A stretch of 64,000 bases of DNA from an uncultured Gammaproteobacteria bacterium (GTDB lineage Bacteria; Patescibacteriota; Microgenomatia; UBA10105; UBA927): assembly GCA_964629685.1 (NCBI GenBank), contig CAZVTT010000001.1, positions 449,319-513,318 of the forward strand. The letters run 5' to 3'. Positions 10,146 to 20,292 of this stretch are shown here, in pieces. The position numbers were made by a program, and so were the translations under genes. The notes below the pieces were generated by a model. The model did no database searches. It had not been told where the DNA came from and saw only the letters and a program-made list of their open reading frames with translations. Position 1 is the first letter of the stretch. Each line of letters opens with the position of its first letter.

Positions 10146-11222
10146 GTGAAAGTTCCAGTTCAATCCACGATACTCTCATTCAAATCTTTGGCAGACATAG
10201 AATCTTTTGTCAGACGGCAAGAGTATGTTCCGATTATTCATGATATAGCAAAAGACCTATCCCGTGAATTATTTTTGGCAGAGCGTCCTTCCGTATATTA
10301 TGCTTCGCCCGATAGTCAGACATCTGCGTTTGACAAGCATTGGAAAGATTACGCTGGCGTAAACGATATCGAAGCGGGGAAATGGTTATATTGGGAATGG
10401 AGCGGAGATTTATGGCATTTATTGACAGCACCGGAGTATTATCGTCTCAGAACCATCCGGAATCGTAACATTATTTCGCCTGAAGAGCAGGTAAAACTAC
10501 AGAATGTAACCGTTTCGGTAGCCGGATTAAGCGTAGGACTAAATTCATTACTTTCGTTCGTGAGGTTAGGGATTGGAAAATCGTACAGATTAGCGGATTA
10601 TGACAGTGTTTCTCTCAGCAATTTTAACCGTTCCTTGTACTCATTACCGCAACTGCAATCTCAAAAAGTCTTAACTGCGGCTCGGGAAGTACTTTCCGTA
10701 GATCCGTTTATTAGCATCGACATTTTCCCCCAGGGTTTAAAAGAAACGAGTCTCTCTGAGTTTGTAATGGGCTCGGATCTTATTCTGGATACATTTGATA
10801 ACTTTGCTTTAAAACTGCTTTTACGTAAGGTAGCAAAACAATTTCGAATACCCGTGATTTCCGGTTTTGATGTAGAATTCGGTTCGGTATTATTGGTGGA
10901 GAGATATGATACGGAGCCGGATCTTGATGTGGGATTTTTCTTAAATGGAGTTTCCGAGGAATCTCTGTATGAGGTAACCACAGCAGAAAAGAAGACGGCT
11001 GCGTTTATTCATATTATCGGAGAAGAGTATCATTCACAGAGTATGCTTGATTCAGTGCTTGGAGTAGGGAAGCAGCTTACCGGTTATCCGCAATTATCTA
11101 TTGCTACCTCGCTAACTGCCGGAATATTTACTTATGCTGCTCTCCAGGTACTTACCGGAAAGAAAAAACATTCTCATAGACAATATATTTCGCTTCCCGA
11201 TGCGGTTAAAGGCTGGTCGTAA
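10146..11222 (+). CDS. ThiF/E1-like adenylyltransferase, Rv1355c/MoeY-like, no C-terminal oxidase domain
   Basis: WLYWEWSGDLWHLL..RTIRNRNIISPEEQ, VAGLSVG, LADYDSVSLSNFNR, ERYD, YPQL; no cysteines. Confidence 0.85.
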   Translation: MKVPVQSTILSFKSLADIESFVRRQEYVPIIHDIAKDLSRELFLAERPSVYYASPDSQTSAFDKHWKDYAGVNDIEAGKWLYWEWSGDLWHLLTAPEYYRLRTIRNRNIISPEEQVKLQNVTVSVAGLSVGLNSLLSFVRLGIGKSYRLADYDSVSLSNFNRSLYSLPQLQSQKVLTAAREVLSVDPFISIDIFPQGLKETSLSEFVMGSDLILDTFDNFALKLLLRKVAKQFRIPVISGFDVEFGSVLLVERYDTEPDLDVGFFLNGVSEESLYEVTTAEKKTAAFIHIIGEEYHSQSMLDSVLGVGKQLTGYPQLSIATSLTAGIFTYAALQVLTGKKKHSHRQYISLPDAVKGWS

Positions 11223-11235
11223 ACGAAATCGTGCT

Positions 11236-11264
11236 TTGACGTCTTCAAGGGATGACGGTATCAT
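11236..11264 (+). promoter_or_regulatory. sigma70 promoter of sensor kinase (leaderless)
   Basis: TTGACG-N17-TATCAT, 6 nt before ATG 11271. Confidence 0.65.
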
Positions 11265-11270
11265 GATGGT

Positions 11271-13397
11271 ATGGGTCTGCTCATTTTGACAGTGTTCGTA
11301 ATTGCTAATACCATTCTTGGCCTAGCAATATACCTCAATAATCCCCGCAACTCAACAAATAAGTTGTTCTCGGTTCTTATTTTTGTTTTAACCCTTTATC
11401 TGGCAATAAACACGCAACTATCCCTGTTTCAGGATGTGACTATCAAGTTATTCCTATCCAGGTTCATTATTTCTTTAGGTTCATTAATAAATCTGTTGGT
11501 ATTTCTTTTTTTGACTACGTTTCCAAAAGAACGGATTACCGTATCCAAGACTGTTCTACTGGTGCTTTATATTCTTACCGCCGGCCTATTTACCGCAGGG
11601 TTTACGCCGTTAATCTTTACCGGGATTGACGTACAAAATAATGTTGTAGTTCCGACCCCCGGCATTTTAATGCCGGTATTTTTGCTCCATACATTGGGTT
11701 TAGTTCTTGCAGGAATAGTATCAATTGGGATTAGGTATTGGAAAAGCCGTGGATTGGAGAAATCCAGGATACGTTATGTGCTGCTTAGCTTCGTGGTGTT
11801 GTTTTCTCTAATTATTTTTTTAAATTTTATTCTGACGGTATTTTTTAAAATAGGTGATTTTGTTCCGTTTTTACCCCTTTATATTCTGGTTTTTAATTTG
11901 CTGGTCAGTTATGCAATCGTAAAGCACAGGTTGATGGATATTCGGGTTTTAGTTGCCCGTGCAGTGGTATATGCATTACTCTTACTTTTTGTAGCTGTAG
12001 TATATGCATCGACGGTATATTTTCTCGGTCAATTATTTTTTACTCTTAAGCTAAATAGTTTGGAAATTGGGATACTTATCGCGCTTTCGGTAGTGATAGC
12101 AATTACATTTCACCCCGTTCAACGTTTACTGGAAAAACACACTACCGGGCTGCTGTTTAAAAATAGATACGATACGGAAAAATTACTGAGTCGCTTAAGT
12201 AAAATAATGTCTTCCACATTCCGGTTGCAGGATTTGACTCACGATATTCTTCAGGAAATCCGACAAGAAGTTAAAATAACCAAAATTGCTTTCATTTTAT
12301 TGGAAAAAGATACAATCGCTGATGTTAAGAGCGAAGGGTTCAGTTCACCGCCAACTTTGGATGAAGATGAAATAAAACGGTTAGTCTCTACCAGAGAAAC
12401 GGTTATCTTTGACGAGTTAGATGAAGGTGAATTAAAAGATATTCTTCGTAAGCTGGGTTTTTCCGTAGTGGTACATTTGCGTACCGAAGGATCTCAGGTC
12501 GGTATATTAGTGCTTGGTGTAAAAGAATCAGGGGATATTTATTCGGATCAAGATTTGGATTTTTTGGAAATTGTTGCCCCTGAAATGGCTGTTGCGATTC
12601 AAAATGCTAAATCTTCAGAAGAGATCCGGAGATTTAACACGACGCTGAAGGACGAAGTCAGTCACGCTACAAGTGATTTAAGAAATGCCAATGAGAAACT
12701 TCAGGAACTTGACAAGCTTAAGGATGAATTCGTTTCCCTTGCATCTCATGAGTTAAGAACACCCATGACTGCAATAAAAGGATCAATCTCGACGATTATA
12801 GAAGGATATGCCGGCGATATATCTCAAGAAGCACGGGAATTCCTGATGTCTGCCTATAATGAGAACGACCGATTAATCAGACTGGTAAATAACCTTCTAA
12901 ATATTTCCAGAATTGAAGCGGGCCGGTTTATTTTTAACCTTCAGAAAGTAAATATGGATACTATTATTACTGAAGTAGTAAAAAATTTACAAATGGCTGC
13001 GAAAGAGAAAAATTTCTATCTTAAGTTTGAACGATTAACGGAGTTAACGGCTGTAAATGCAGACGAAGATAAAGTTAAGGAAGTATTAATCAATTTAATC
13101 GGAAATGCCATTAAATTTACACATGAGGGTGGTATAACCGTACGTGCAAAACGGGAAGGAGATTTTATTATTACCTCAGTCTCCGACACTGGTCACGGTA
13201 TTTCAAAAGAAGACCAGGAAATCTTATTTCAGAAGTTTTCCAGAGTACAGAAAGAATATTCAAAACAGGCTGGTGGAACGGGATTGGGGTTATATATTAG
13301 TAAGCAAATTATCGAAGGACACAAGGGAAAGATTTGGCTGGATTCCGATGTGGGGAAAGGAAGTACGTTTTATTTTTCACTCCCAGTAGCGGCATAG
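11271..13397 (+). CDS. Multi-TM sensor histidine kinase (7TM-like input, GAF, HisKA, HATPase)
   Basis: About 9 TMs ending near YAIVKHRLMDIR; GAF (AVAIQNA); H-box ASHELRTP; NLIGNAIKF, DTGHGI, GTGLGL. Confidence 0.92.
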   Translation: MGLLILTVFVIANTILGLAIYLNNPRNSTNKLFSVLIFVLTLYLAINTQLSLFQDVTIKLFLSRFIISLGSLINLLVFLFLTTFPKERITVSKTVLLVLYILTAGLFTAGFTPLIFTGIDVQNNVVVPTPGILMPVFLLHTLGLVLAGIVSIGIRYWKSRGLEKSRIRYVLLSFVVLFSLIIFLNFILTVFFKIGDFVPFLPLYILVFNLLVSYAIVKHRLMDIRVLVARAVVYALLLLFVAVVYASTVYFLGQLFFTLKLNSLEIGILIALSVVIAITFHPVQRLLEKHTTGLLFKNRYDTEKLLSRLSKIMSSTFRLQDLTHDILQEIRQEVKITKIAFILLEKDTIADVKSEGFSSPPTLDEDEIKRLVSTRETVIFDELDEGELKDILRKLGFSVVVHLRTEGSQVGILVLGVKESGDIYSDQDLDFLEIVAPEMAVAIQNAKSSEEIRRFNTTLKDEVSHATSDLRNANEKLQELDKLKDEFVSLASHELRTPMTAIKGSISTIIEGYAGDISQEAREFLMSAYNENDRLIRLVNNLLNISRIEAGRFIFNLQKVNMDTIITEVVKNLQMAAKEKNFYLKFERLTELTAVNADEDKVKEVLINLIGNAIKFTHEGGITVRAKREGDFIITSVSDTGHGISKEDQEILFQKFSRVQKEYSKQAGGTGLGLYISKQIIEGHKGKIWLDSDVGKGSTFYFSLPVAA

Positions 13398-13430
13398 CAG
13401 TATATAATATAGTATATATAGTGATTAAAT

Positions 13431-13802
13431 ATGGCAAAAATATTATTTGTTGAAGATGACCCGTTAATATTAAAAATATACACGACCAGACTTTCAGCCG
13501 ACGGGCATGAGGTCGTTACTGCAGAAAATGGCGAAGACGGATTGGCTAAAGCCAACGAGAGTAAACCGGACCTAATAGTGCTGGACGTAATGATGCCGAA
13601 AATGGACGGTTTTGCGGTACTGGAAAAACTTAGAATTCAGGAACAGTTTAAAAATATTCCCATTTTGTTGTACTCCAATCTGGGTCAGGAAGAAGAAATT
13701 GCCCGCGCTAAGCAAATGGGGGCCACTGAATTTATTGTGAAAGCTAATATTTCTCCGACAGAAATGGTAAACGTAATTAAGCAGTATTTACATTTAGCGT
13801 AA
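13431..13802 (+). CDS. Stand-alone response regulator receiver (CheY-like)
   Basis: VEDD, LDVMMP, FIVK; no output domain. Confidence 0.92.
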   Translation: MAKILFVEDDPLILKIYTTRLSADGHEVVTAENGEDGLAKANESKPDLIVLDVMMPKMDGFAVLEKLRIQEQFKNIPILLYSNLGQEEEIARAKQMGATEFIVKANISPTEMVNVIKQYLHLA

Positions 13803-13856
13803 TTACGGTGTTTGTTCCACAGCGTATGTACCGTGAACGAATTAAAATAAAGACTT

Positions 13857-15533
13857 ATGATACTGCCCGAAATACTTCGTGAAATAATTCTTAAATCCGG
13901 CTTTGTTAGTCAGAAAGACTTCGATCAGGCACAAAAAGCTTCGGAAGAACTTAATAGGGATGTTACGGATGTGCTCATTTACCGCGGGTTAATTAGTCAG
14001 GAAGTATTGGGCCAATTAATTGCCGAATATTACCAGGTACCGTACGCGAAGCTTGCCCACAAAGTGATTCCCGAAAATGTTTTGAAATTAATTCCGATTG
14101 AAGCGGCATCCACCTTTCGGATATTACCGTTTGCGCTTGATGCAACCACGGTAAGTCTGGCAATGGAGGATCCTTCGGATTTGGAAGCCAGGGAGTTCGT
14201 AAAACGAAAATCCGGACTTATGGTGAAACCGTTTTATGCGAGCATGCCTGATTTGTCTGGGGCATTAGGACAATATAAACGAAACATAAAAGATATTTTT
14301 ACGACGATAATTGAGGAAAACGTCCAAAAAAGCTCTGTGGAAACGGATGATATTGCTAAGCTCGCATCTGATATTCCTGTTATTAGAATTCTGGATACCA
14401 TTTTGGAGTATGCATCCGGTGAGGGTTCTTCAGATATACATTTTGAAGCAATGGAATCATCCTTTTTAGTCCGATTTCGTATAGACGGTGTTCTGCGTGA
14501 TATTTTAAATTTGCCGAAGACCATACATGCAGGAATTGTTGCAAGAATAAAAATTCTTTCACAGCTCAAAATCGACGAACATCGGATTCCCCAAGACGGG
14601 AGATTTAAATTTAAAGTACAGGAAAATTATATTGCACTTCGTGTTTCTATTTTGCCTTCTTTTTACGGTGAAAATATTGTATTGCGTATTCTTCCTGAAT
14701 CCGCCAGACCTTTATCTTTGGAAGAATTGGGGCTTACCGGACATAATTTGGAATTAGTTAGGCATAATATCCGAAAACCGCATGGAATGATCCTGGTAAC
14801 CGGGCCAACGGGATCCGGTAAGACTACTACGCTTTATAGTGTTTTAAACATTTTAAATACCACGGAAGTAAAAATTTGTACTGTGGAAGATCCGGTTGAA
14901 TACGGGATAGGTCGGGTTAACCAAACTCAAATAAATCCTCAGGCTGGATTAACGTTTGCAGCAGGACTTCGTTCACTACTAAGACATGATCCCGATATTA
15001 TTATGGTTGGGGAAATTCGTGATAAAGAAACCGCGGAAATGGCTATTCATTCTTCATTGACTGGGCATTTAGTGCTTTCTACATTACACACGAACGATGC
15101 TGCGGGAACTATTCCCCGGTTTCTGGATATGGGCGCGGAAGGTTTTCTGGTTGCTTCGACGTTAAATTTGGTTATTGCCCAACGTTTAGTAAGGAAAATA
15201 TGTACCAGTTGTATTGAGACGTATGTGCCGGGTGAAGAAACGATTGCGTATCTTAAACGATTTTTGGGTGAGGGAGAGTTATCACATCAGTTCTACCGCG
15301 GCAAAGGATGTCAGGAGTGTAATAGAAAAGGATACAAAGGGAGAATAGGCATATATGAAATATTGGAAATAAACGATACCATCCGGGCGCTTATTCTAAA
15401 ACGGGTAGCAGCTGAAGAAATTGCTGAAGCCGGAGTAAAAAATGGTATGACACGCTTACTCCGCGATGGTATAGATAAAGCCAGCGGCGGTCTTACGACA
15501 ATCGAAGAAGTACTGAGGGTGGTACGCGAGTAA
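13857..15533 (+). CDS. pilB: Type IV pilus assembly ATPase PilB/GspE
   Basis: SDIHFE, GPTGSGKTTT, EDPVEY, DPDIIMVGEIRD, LHTN, CxxC..CxxC. Confidence 0.93.
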   Translation: MILPEILREIILKSGFVSQKDFDQAQKASEELNRDVTDVLIYRGLISQEVLGQLIAEYYQVPYAKLAHKVIPENVLKLIPIEAASTFRILPFALDATTVSLAMEDPSDLEAREFVKRKSGLMVKPFYASMPDLSGALGQYKRNIKDIFTTIIEENVQKSSVETDDIAKLASDIPVIRILDTILEYASGEGSSDIHFEAMESSFLVRFRIDGVLRDILNLPKTIHAGIVARIKILSQLKIDEHRIPQDGRFKFKVQENYIALRVSILPSFYGENIVLRILPESARPLSLEELGLTGHNLELVRHNIRKPHGMILVTGPTGSGKTTTLYSVLNILNTTEVKICTVEDPVEYGIGRVNQTQINPQAGLTFAAGLRSLLRHDPDIIMVGEIRDKETAEMAIHSSLTGHLVLSTLHTNDAAGTIPRFLDMGAEGFLVASTLNLVIAQRLVRKICTSCIETYVPGEETIAYLKRFLGEGELSHQFYRGKGCQECNRKGYKGRIGIYEILEINDTIRALILKRVAAEEIAEAGVKNGMTRLLRDGIDKASGGLTTIEEVLRVVRE

Positions 15534-15534
15534 T

Positions 15535-16752
15535 ATGGCTAATTTTACATATAAGGCGTTGGATACAAACAAAATTGTTTCATCCGGAGTACTTTCTGCA
15601 AAAACCAGGGATGAAGTTGCCCAACTGCTTACAAAAAAAGGATTAACTCCGCTTAGTGTCAGGGAAGTAGCAGAAAAGGCGGTAATTAAAGGAACTATTC
15701 CTCAAATCGAGAAAATTACTTTTTGTAGATATATGGGAATAATGCTCTCCTCGGGTTTATCACTTTCGGAAGGAATAGAAGTACTTCATGAAGAAACGAA
15801 ACATCCGCTCATGAGAAGAATCCTCGGTGATATGACATATAGCCTTGAACAGGGTCAGCAATTGTCTTCAATATTTGAAAGATATCCTGATGTATTTGAA
15901 TCATATTTCCTTACATTAACCCGGGCGGGGGAAATCAGCGGAAAACTAGCGGAAGTGTTCAGATATTTGGAAACGGAACTTCGTGCCGAATATAGTCTAA
16001 ATTCGAAAGTAAAAGGTGCGTTACTTTATCCCGGAATCGTCTTTACAGCCATGTTAGGAATCGGTGTCCTGATGTTCTTTTTCGTACTTCCTCAGATTGG
16101 AAAAGTATTCCTGAGTTTAAAGTTACCGCTTCCGGAAATAACCAGAATGTTATTTGTTGTAAGCATTGCCTTGTCTCAATTTATGATCCCCATATTAGGT
16201 GGAGGTGTAGCAGGTGCTATAGCGCTTTTTTTTATATTAAGACGCCCAGGAGCAAAGTCAGTAATTTTTCTTTTTATTCGGCCATTACCACTGATCCGGA
16301 ATTTAATCCAGAAAGTAGATATGGCCAGATTCAATAGAATATTTGCGACGCTTATCAGGAGTGCCGTACCTATAACGGAGGCGGTGGAAATTTCATTAAA
16401 TACGCTTTCTTGGTACGAGTACCGGAACTTGTCTAAAGAAATACCTGAAGAAATAAAAAAAGGAAAAGCACTTTCGGCTGTAATAAAGGAACATAAGGCT
16501 TTTCCGTCGTTAATGGTGCAAATGATTGCCGCCGGAGAAAAAACCGCAACGCTTGACAGTACTCTGGCTGATCTGGCGAGTTTTTATGAAAATGAAGTTG
16601 AAGAAGAAGTTAAAAGTTTAACGCAAATAATTGAACCCGTGTTGATGTTGCTGGTAGGAGTAGCCGTGGGTGGGATGATTCTCTCAATTATTGCCCCCAT
16701 TTACAGTGTCGTAGGAAGTTTTCAGCAAGCTGCAGGCGGACCCCCGCAATAA
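15535..16752 (+). CDS. pilC: Type IV pilus platform protein PilC/GspF
   Basis: AGEISGKL, ALLYP, AGEKTATLD, IIEPVL. Confidence 0.92.
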   Translation: MANFTYKALDTNKIVSSGVLSAKTRDEVAQLLTKKGLTPLSVREVAEKAVIKGTIPQIEKITFCRYMGIMLSSGLSLSEGIEVLHEETKHPLMRRILGDMTYSLEQGQQLSSIFERYPDVFESYFLTLTRAGEISGKLAEVFRYLETELRAEYSLNSKVKGALLYPGIVFTAMLGIGVLMFFFVLPQIGKVFLSLKLPLPEITRMLFVVSIALSQFMIPILGGGVAGAIALFFILRRPGAKSVIFLFIRPLPLIRNLIQKVDMARFNRIFATLIRSAVPITEAVEISLNTLSWYEYRNLSKEIPEEIKKGKALSAVIKEHKAFPSLMVQMIAAGEKTATLDSTLADLASFYENEVEEEVKSLTQIIEPVLMLLVGVAVGGMILSIIAPIYSVVGSFQQAAGGPPQ

Positions 16753-16760
16753 CAGGAATA

Positions 16761-18176
16761 CTATTGTTCTTCCCAGGTTATGAATTCATATTCACCCTGT
16801 GTTGGAAAGTATGGTGGCGGATTAAAGTACAGGTTTGGATCATAGGTTATATCTCTTGTTATAAAACCCGATGTTGGACCGGTGCCAAAGTTCCAGTATG
16901 ACTTTTGGTTACTGATGACTGAACCGTATATCGTCAGATTATTCCTGACGGCGCTACCAAACGAGCTACAACCCGAATAATTATAATTATGTCGGATTAT
17001 TCTGCCGTTGGAAGCTAATAGTGCTCCGTCAATTTCAAAATTTGTCGGGACATTATAACCAAAATATATATTATTCTGTGCAAATACACCTAGCTGGGAA
17101 TGTCCGTCTTTTGCGATATAGGTCAAATTGCTCGGTATCCATATATTCATGAAGTTGGTATTTATGGGAAAACGAGCTGCCACGACAGTTGCTCTGCCGT
17201 TTACGGTACCGTTCACCCACAAATGATCTTCTATAAAAATTATTGGTTTGGCATCGAGGCTGTATGTTCCTACGGCAGTTTCTGAAGTAATCTGCTGGTT
17301 AAGATTTTCACAGTTATTCTCTACACTCCAACCTCTTCTGTTATTTGCGGCTGTGACTTTTGTAATGGTTACTGTTCCTACGCTGTTAAAAACGAGATGA
17401 TAACCCAACGCGTTAGAATTACCCAGGTATATTCCGTTTGCTTGAGCTGCCGTTTTCATCACGCTAAAATCGATTGCCAGACTATTGAAATCGACCTGAG
17501 GTACCGGGAACTGCCATAAGCTTTGCGGTCCACCAGCACCCCATACGCCATTTCTGTTCTGTGATGGCGTGCATCCCGTTTCCGTCCCACATGTATACGT
17601 TTGTTTGGCGCTTTGAATTGTTGAATCATTCGTCCCATCCATACGAATTCCACCGTTTGACATTACTTTTCCATGTACGGTAATTCCTGAGCCAAACCAG
17701 ACGTTGGCATTATGGAGAAATGCAAATTTCGAAAGTGAGGGTATTCCGTATTTTGCGTATACAGTTCTTTTAATTTCCGGATGACTATTAATCCAGCCTT
17801 GTGAAGTGATGGTTACGATCGAAGATCCAGAAGCTGGGGGCGTAATAGTAAGACTAAACGTGCCATCAGTATTCCCATATGGGTCATTAAGTGTCTTTAT
17901 GTATGGACCAGGTAACCCTGTTCCGTCTTTAAAGTCTAACGGATCGTGTGCCAAATGCCATCGGTAATACTCAGCACCTGCCTGTGCGATTGTCAGTGAT
18001 TTTTCGAAAGCTTCAGAACGGGTTGCTGCAGTGTATTGTGTCGCGGCGACTAAAACCAACCCACCGACGGTTACGCTAATTACTAATCCGAATACCAGAA
18101 CGAGTATTGAAATACCCCCTGTATGAAACCGTTTATGTATAAACGTATATTGTAGGTATGAAAACAATTTCATCAT
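16761..18176 (-). CDS. PilX-like minor pilin / pilus-associated protein
   Basis: GGISILVLVFG pseudo-prepilin without E5, AQAGAEY motif, beta-rich C-terminus ending WEEQ. Confidence 0.7.
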   Translation of the reverse strand: MMKLFSYLQYTFIHKRFHTGGISILVLVFGLVISVTVGGLVLVAATQYTAATRSEAFEKSLTIAQAGAEYYRWHLAHDPLDFKDGTGLPGPYIKTLNDPYGNTDGTFSLTITPPASGSSIVTITSQGWINSHPEIKRTVYAKYGIPSLSKFAFLHNANVWFGSGITVHGKVMSNGGIRMDGTNDSTIQSAKQTYTCGTETGCTPSQNRNGVWGAGGPQSLWQFPVPQVDFNSLAIDFSVMKTAAQANGIYLGNSNALGYHLVFNSVGTVTITKVTAANNRRGWSVENNCENLNQQITSETAVGTYSLDAKPIIFIEDHLWVNGTVNGRATVVAARFPINTNFMNIWIPSNLTYIAKDGHSQLGVFAQNNIYFGYNVPTNFEIDGALLASNGRIIRHNYNYSGCSSFGSAVRNNLTIYGSVISNQKSYWNFGTGPTSGFITRDITYDPNLYFNPPPYFPTQGEYEFITWEEQ

Positions 18177-18187
18177 ATAAGTATAAG

Positions 18188-18799
18188 TTATAGATTTGTT
18201 TTTAGACTACGGATTTGAACTCCGGAATTGAGTTCAAACGGTTGAGCTTTTGTCGTAGAGCTAATATTAATTCGTAACCGTACTGCGATATATTTGGTAT
18301 TTAATAATCTGTTAGCAGCGGAAAGGGGGTTGTTAACCGTGTCAGCCGGCCATTCACCGTTATAATATGTAAATATTGGTCCAGTCGATGTGTCAACATA
18401 ACTTGCGACAGTAGTAAATTGCTCATTTTGTGAAGGATAAGTTACCGGAACGGCAGTAGGCTGTATGACTCCGCGTACTAAATCGGTTCCGTTTAAAAAA
18501 TACCGTACTCTATCGGATCTATTATCATTTGTAACATCCGAGTAAAAAATTAGCGTCGTATTATCCGTTTGAGCTAAAGGCCATGCGCCATCGTCACCCA
18601 GTCTGGCTTCCCGTATTTCCCGAATCATTCTGGTTAATCCTGTTTGTGCTAATCCAATTGCCTGGTTTTCTTCATATGAGAATGAATAATTGTTAAAGTA
18701 ATAGGCAGAAAATACTGCCACCCCTGCGACAATGGAGGTAAACAGGAACACAGCTATTATAATTTCAAGTAAAGTGAATCCTTTAATATATTTGTGCAT
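18188..18799 (-). CDS. Minor pilin (PilW-like)
   Basis: Class III signal KG|FTLLEII; REIREA. Confidence 0.82.
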   Translation of the reverse strand: MHKYIKGFTLLEIIIAVFLFTSIVAGVAVFSAYYFNNYSFSYEENQAIGLAQTGLTRMIREIREARLGDDGAWPLAQTDNTTLIFYSDVTNDNRSDRVRYFLNGTDLVRGVIQPTAVPVTYPSQNEQFTTVASYVDTSTGPIFTYYNGEWPADTVNNPLSAANRLLNTKYIAVRLRINISSTTKAQPFELNSGVQIRSLKTNL

Positions 18800-18800
18800 A

Positions 18801-20162
18801 TTATGGTTGAAAGGAATTTAAGGTTACGGATTCCTGATATGAGCCGGATAATGTAATAGACGCAGTTGCATCCTGATAACCCGGAAGAGATACCCGTAAT
18901 TGATATCCCGGGCCCGGTGTTAGTCCGCTGAAAAATACCTGACCATAATCCGGTGTCCCTGTCGCTGCGGTAACCCGTGTCAGATCAACACCCAGTCCGG
19001 TATTAAGTAATTGGGCAGTAGCGGAAGCTTGCGGTATACCAAGGCTGTCTTTGGCAATCACTAATAGGGACGTATTGGTTTTAGGTATGGCCGTAACCGG
19101 AATTGTGATACTGGTATTTGGGAGTAATGTTACCGGAAGTGGCGGGTTTGATCCCGTTAAATTGTGTGCTGAGTTAGAAAAATCTAATGTATATGTATCC
19201 CATTCTAAATTTGGAATACTGACCGTGCCTCCTCCTGTATTCGTAGTATAGCTATATTTATAAACCGGCTGGTCTGCACTGTCATAGCCGATAATCTTGT
19301 TACCTTTTAGGGTGAAAATTACGTTTGCGATCGGTGCATACCCCGGCCCGGGGCCGAACGATTGCACAGTTATATTACTGATTCTGTCGATGGAAAATGA
19401 AATTTGGGTAAGTTGTCCTTCTATTACTGTTGTCAGAGGTTGTAAGGGGTTTGTTACTTCCGCCGTTGTGTGAGTTGAATCGGTTGAATATCCGGATTTA
19501 GTAACGCTAATAGAGTAACAGGTTACACATGCAGGAGCTCCGGGGAGAACAATAAGTCCATTGCTATTGGTAAGCGTTTGCGTATGGATGGCTGGAGTAA
19601 CAACCGTGTTATCTATGGTAACCGTTGCATTCGCTATCGGTTGCGCATTTGAATCAAACACCTGAATATACATGGTGCCGCCACCAACGATAGTTTCTAC
19701 ACCTTTAGGGACGATATTGGTAACGAATGCTAATGGTGTCCGCGATGGATATGCGCCTTCCCATGTTATTTCGACTCTTACCCGTTTATAATCCGTGTTT
19801 ATTAAATCGCTTGGGGCAATAGTATCAAACGGATCATCAACATAGATAACCGATGTTTTAATCGTAAACGGAAGACCGTTAACCGTAAGTACTTCCGTTT
19901 GGGGTAATGCTCCCTGAGGTATCCCACCAGAGGTTCCGACGCTGGCATACGGGAGGTTGCGGACAATTTCCATTTTTTCCTGAGCGAGCGCTACTGCTGT
20001 AGCTCTTACACGTGATTCACCGATATTCATGAGTACCTGTTGTACAATCATTGCGATGGCTGCAAAGAATATACCCAAGACTCCCAAAGCTACCAGGGTC
20101 TCAATAAACGTAAAACCATTGGAGTCCTTGGTCCTTAAAGGTGGGGGCAGAAAGTGTTTCAC
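18801..20162 (-). CDS. Minor pilin (PilV-like) fused to carboxypeptidase-regulatory-like beta domains
   Basis: NG|FTFIETL, AQEKMEIVRNLPY, YKRVRVEITW, repeated Y.ISV.K.GY domains. Confidence 0.78.
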   Translation of the reverse strand: MKHFLPPPLRTKDSNGFTFIETLVALGVLGIFFAAIAMIVQQVLMNIGESRVRATAVALAQEKMEIVRNLPYASVGTSGGIPQGALPQTEVLTVNGLPFTIKTSVIYVDDPFDTIAPSDLINTDYKRVRVEITWEGAYPSRTPLAFVTNIVPKGVETIVGGGTMYIQVFDSNAQPIANATVTIDNTVVTPAIHTQTLTNSNGLIVLPGAPACVTCYSISVTKSGYSTDSTHTTAEVTNPLQPLTTVIEGQLTQISFSIDRISNITVQSFGPGPGYAPIANVIFTLKGNKIIGYDSADQPVYKYSYTTNTGGGTVSIPNLEWDTYTLDFSNSAHNLTGSNPPLPVTLLPNTSITIPVTAIPKTNTSLLVIAKDSLGIPQASATAQLLNTGLGVDLTRVTAATGTPDYGQVFFSGLTPGPGYQLRVSLPGYQDATASITLSGSYQESVTLNSFQP

Positions 20163-20292
20163 TATTTCATCTTACAGAAGGAGACCTAATAGGTACAAGT
20201 CTACGACAGCAACTGGTGTATTCGTGATACAATTCTAGTATACACGTGCGGAACGTGTTATTTGCTGTATACGCGATATTTTAATACTGCCC

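Noticed and set aside
10146-11222. Thiamine/molybdopterin ThiF-MoeB or ubiquitin-like defence E1
   Set aside because: No Cys, no Zn motifs, and no Ubl, E2 or JAB genes in the window
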